IMG/VR virus record: IMGVR_UViG_3300045988_173362 | Location: 1-31,785 of that record | DNA: 31,785 nucleotides | Reading direction: 5' to 3' (one strand) | DNA from: a virus | Part shown: positions 31,711 to 31,785 of the stretch, piece by piece | Numbering within the stretch: the first letter of the stretch is position 1 | Layout of the letters: each line of letters begins with the position of its first letter | The notes under the pieces: model-generated | Told to the model about the DNA's origin: nothing | What the model saw: the letters and a program-made list of their open reading frames with translations, nothing else | The model's database searches: none | Program-made: the position numbers and the translations under genes

Positions 31711-31730
31711 ATAAAAATACTGTATAAAAA

Positions 31731-31785
31731 ACGAAAAACCCCACTGTTTAGTAGGATTTTTACATTTTTGGTGGAGATAAGCGGG
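31731..31785. repeat. Right copy of 55-bp terminal direct repeat (attR-like core)
   Basis: Identical to 1-55. Confidence 0.8.

Larger units (their letters stand above)
1..31785. mobile_element. Complete temperate tailed-phage genome (prophage delimited by att repeats, or circular genome with terminal overlap)
   Basis: Identical 55-bp direct repeats sit at both window ends. Integrase, an S24-type repressor and a divergent Cro-like switch are present, with a full packaging/head/tail gene set. Genes are tightly packed and many have ATGA/TAATG coupled junctions. Confidence 0.85.

Overview
The window is essentially one complete temperate tailed-phage genome. It is most likely a prophage cut at its att sites, in a host that uses strong GGAGG-type ribosome-binding sites. 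A perfect 55-bp direct repeat bounds it (1-55 = 31731-31785). That repeat looks like a tRNA 3' end plus its terminator. The minus strand, read from 28124 down to 201, carries two long transcription units. First is an early-lytic operon: 33-aa TM peptide, Cro-like HTH, second XRE HTH, Xis-like protein, pentapeptide-repeat protein, Rad52-like annealase, NinB-like protein, ERCC4-like nuclease, putative replication initiator with in-gene iterons, sigma-region-4/ArpU-like regulator, YopX, ASCH and a 38-aa Cys-rich ORF. Next come a terminator-gated leader and an AT-rich two-gene cassette. The late genes follow: terS, terL, portal, MuF, scaffold, major capsid, neck proteins, tail proteins, fibre and three membrane proteins. 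The plus strand carries a lysogeny operon (LexA/cI-type repressor, a DUF4041/T5orf172-type cargo gene, tyrosine integrase) and one self-contained moron inside the tail module. The items most worth a second look: (i) the zinc-ribbon/coiled-coil/T5orf172 protein between repressor and integrase, a candidate prophage defence; (ii) an early pentapeptide-repeat protein encoded by 19 near-identical 15-bp units, a candidate DNA mimic or anti-defence factor; (iii) the AT-rich cassette upstream of terS, bracketed by terminators, with a Cys/His protein and a shared KRDYSNV motif; (iv) a promoter-to-terminator moron for a polytopic membrane protein in the tail module; (v) late genes punctuated by intrinsic terminators with no visible promoters; (vi) 11-bp phased iterons inside the putative initiator gene; (vii) no recognisable endolysin or tape-measure protein. 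All family assignments come from motif recall and gene order only. No database search was possible.
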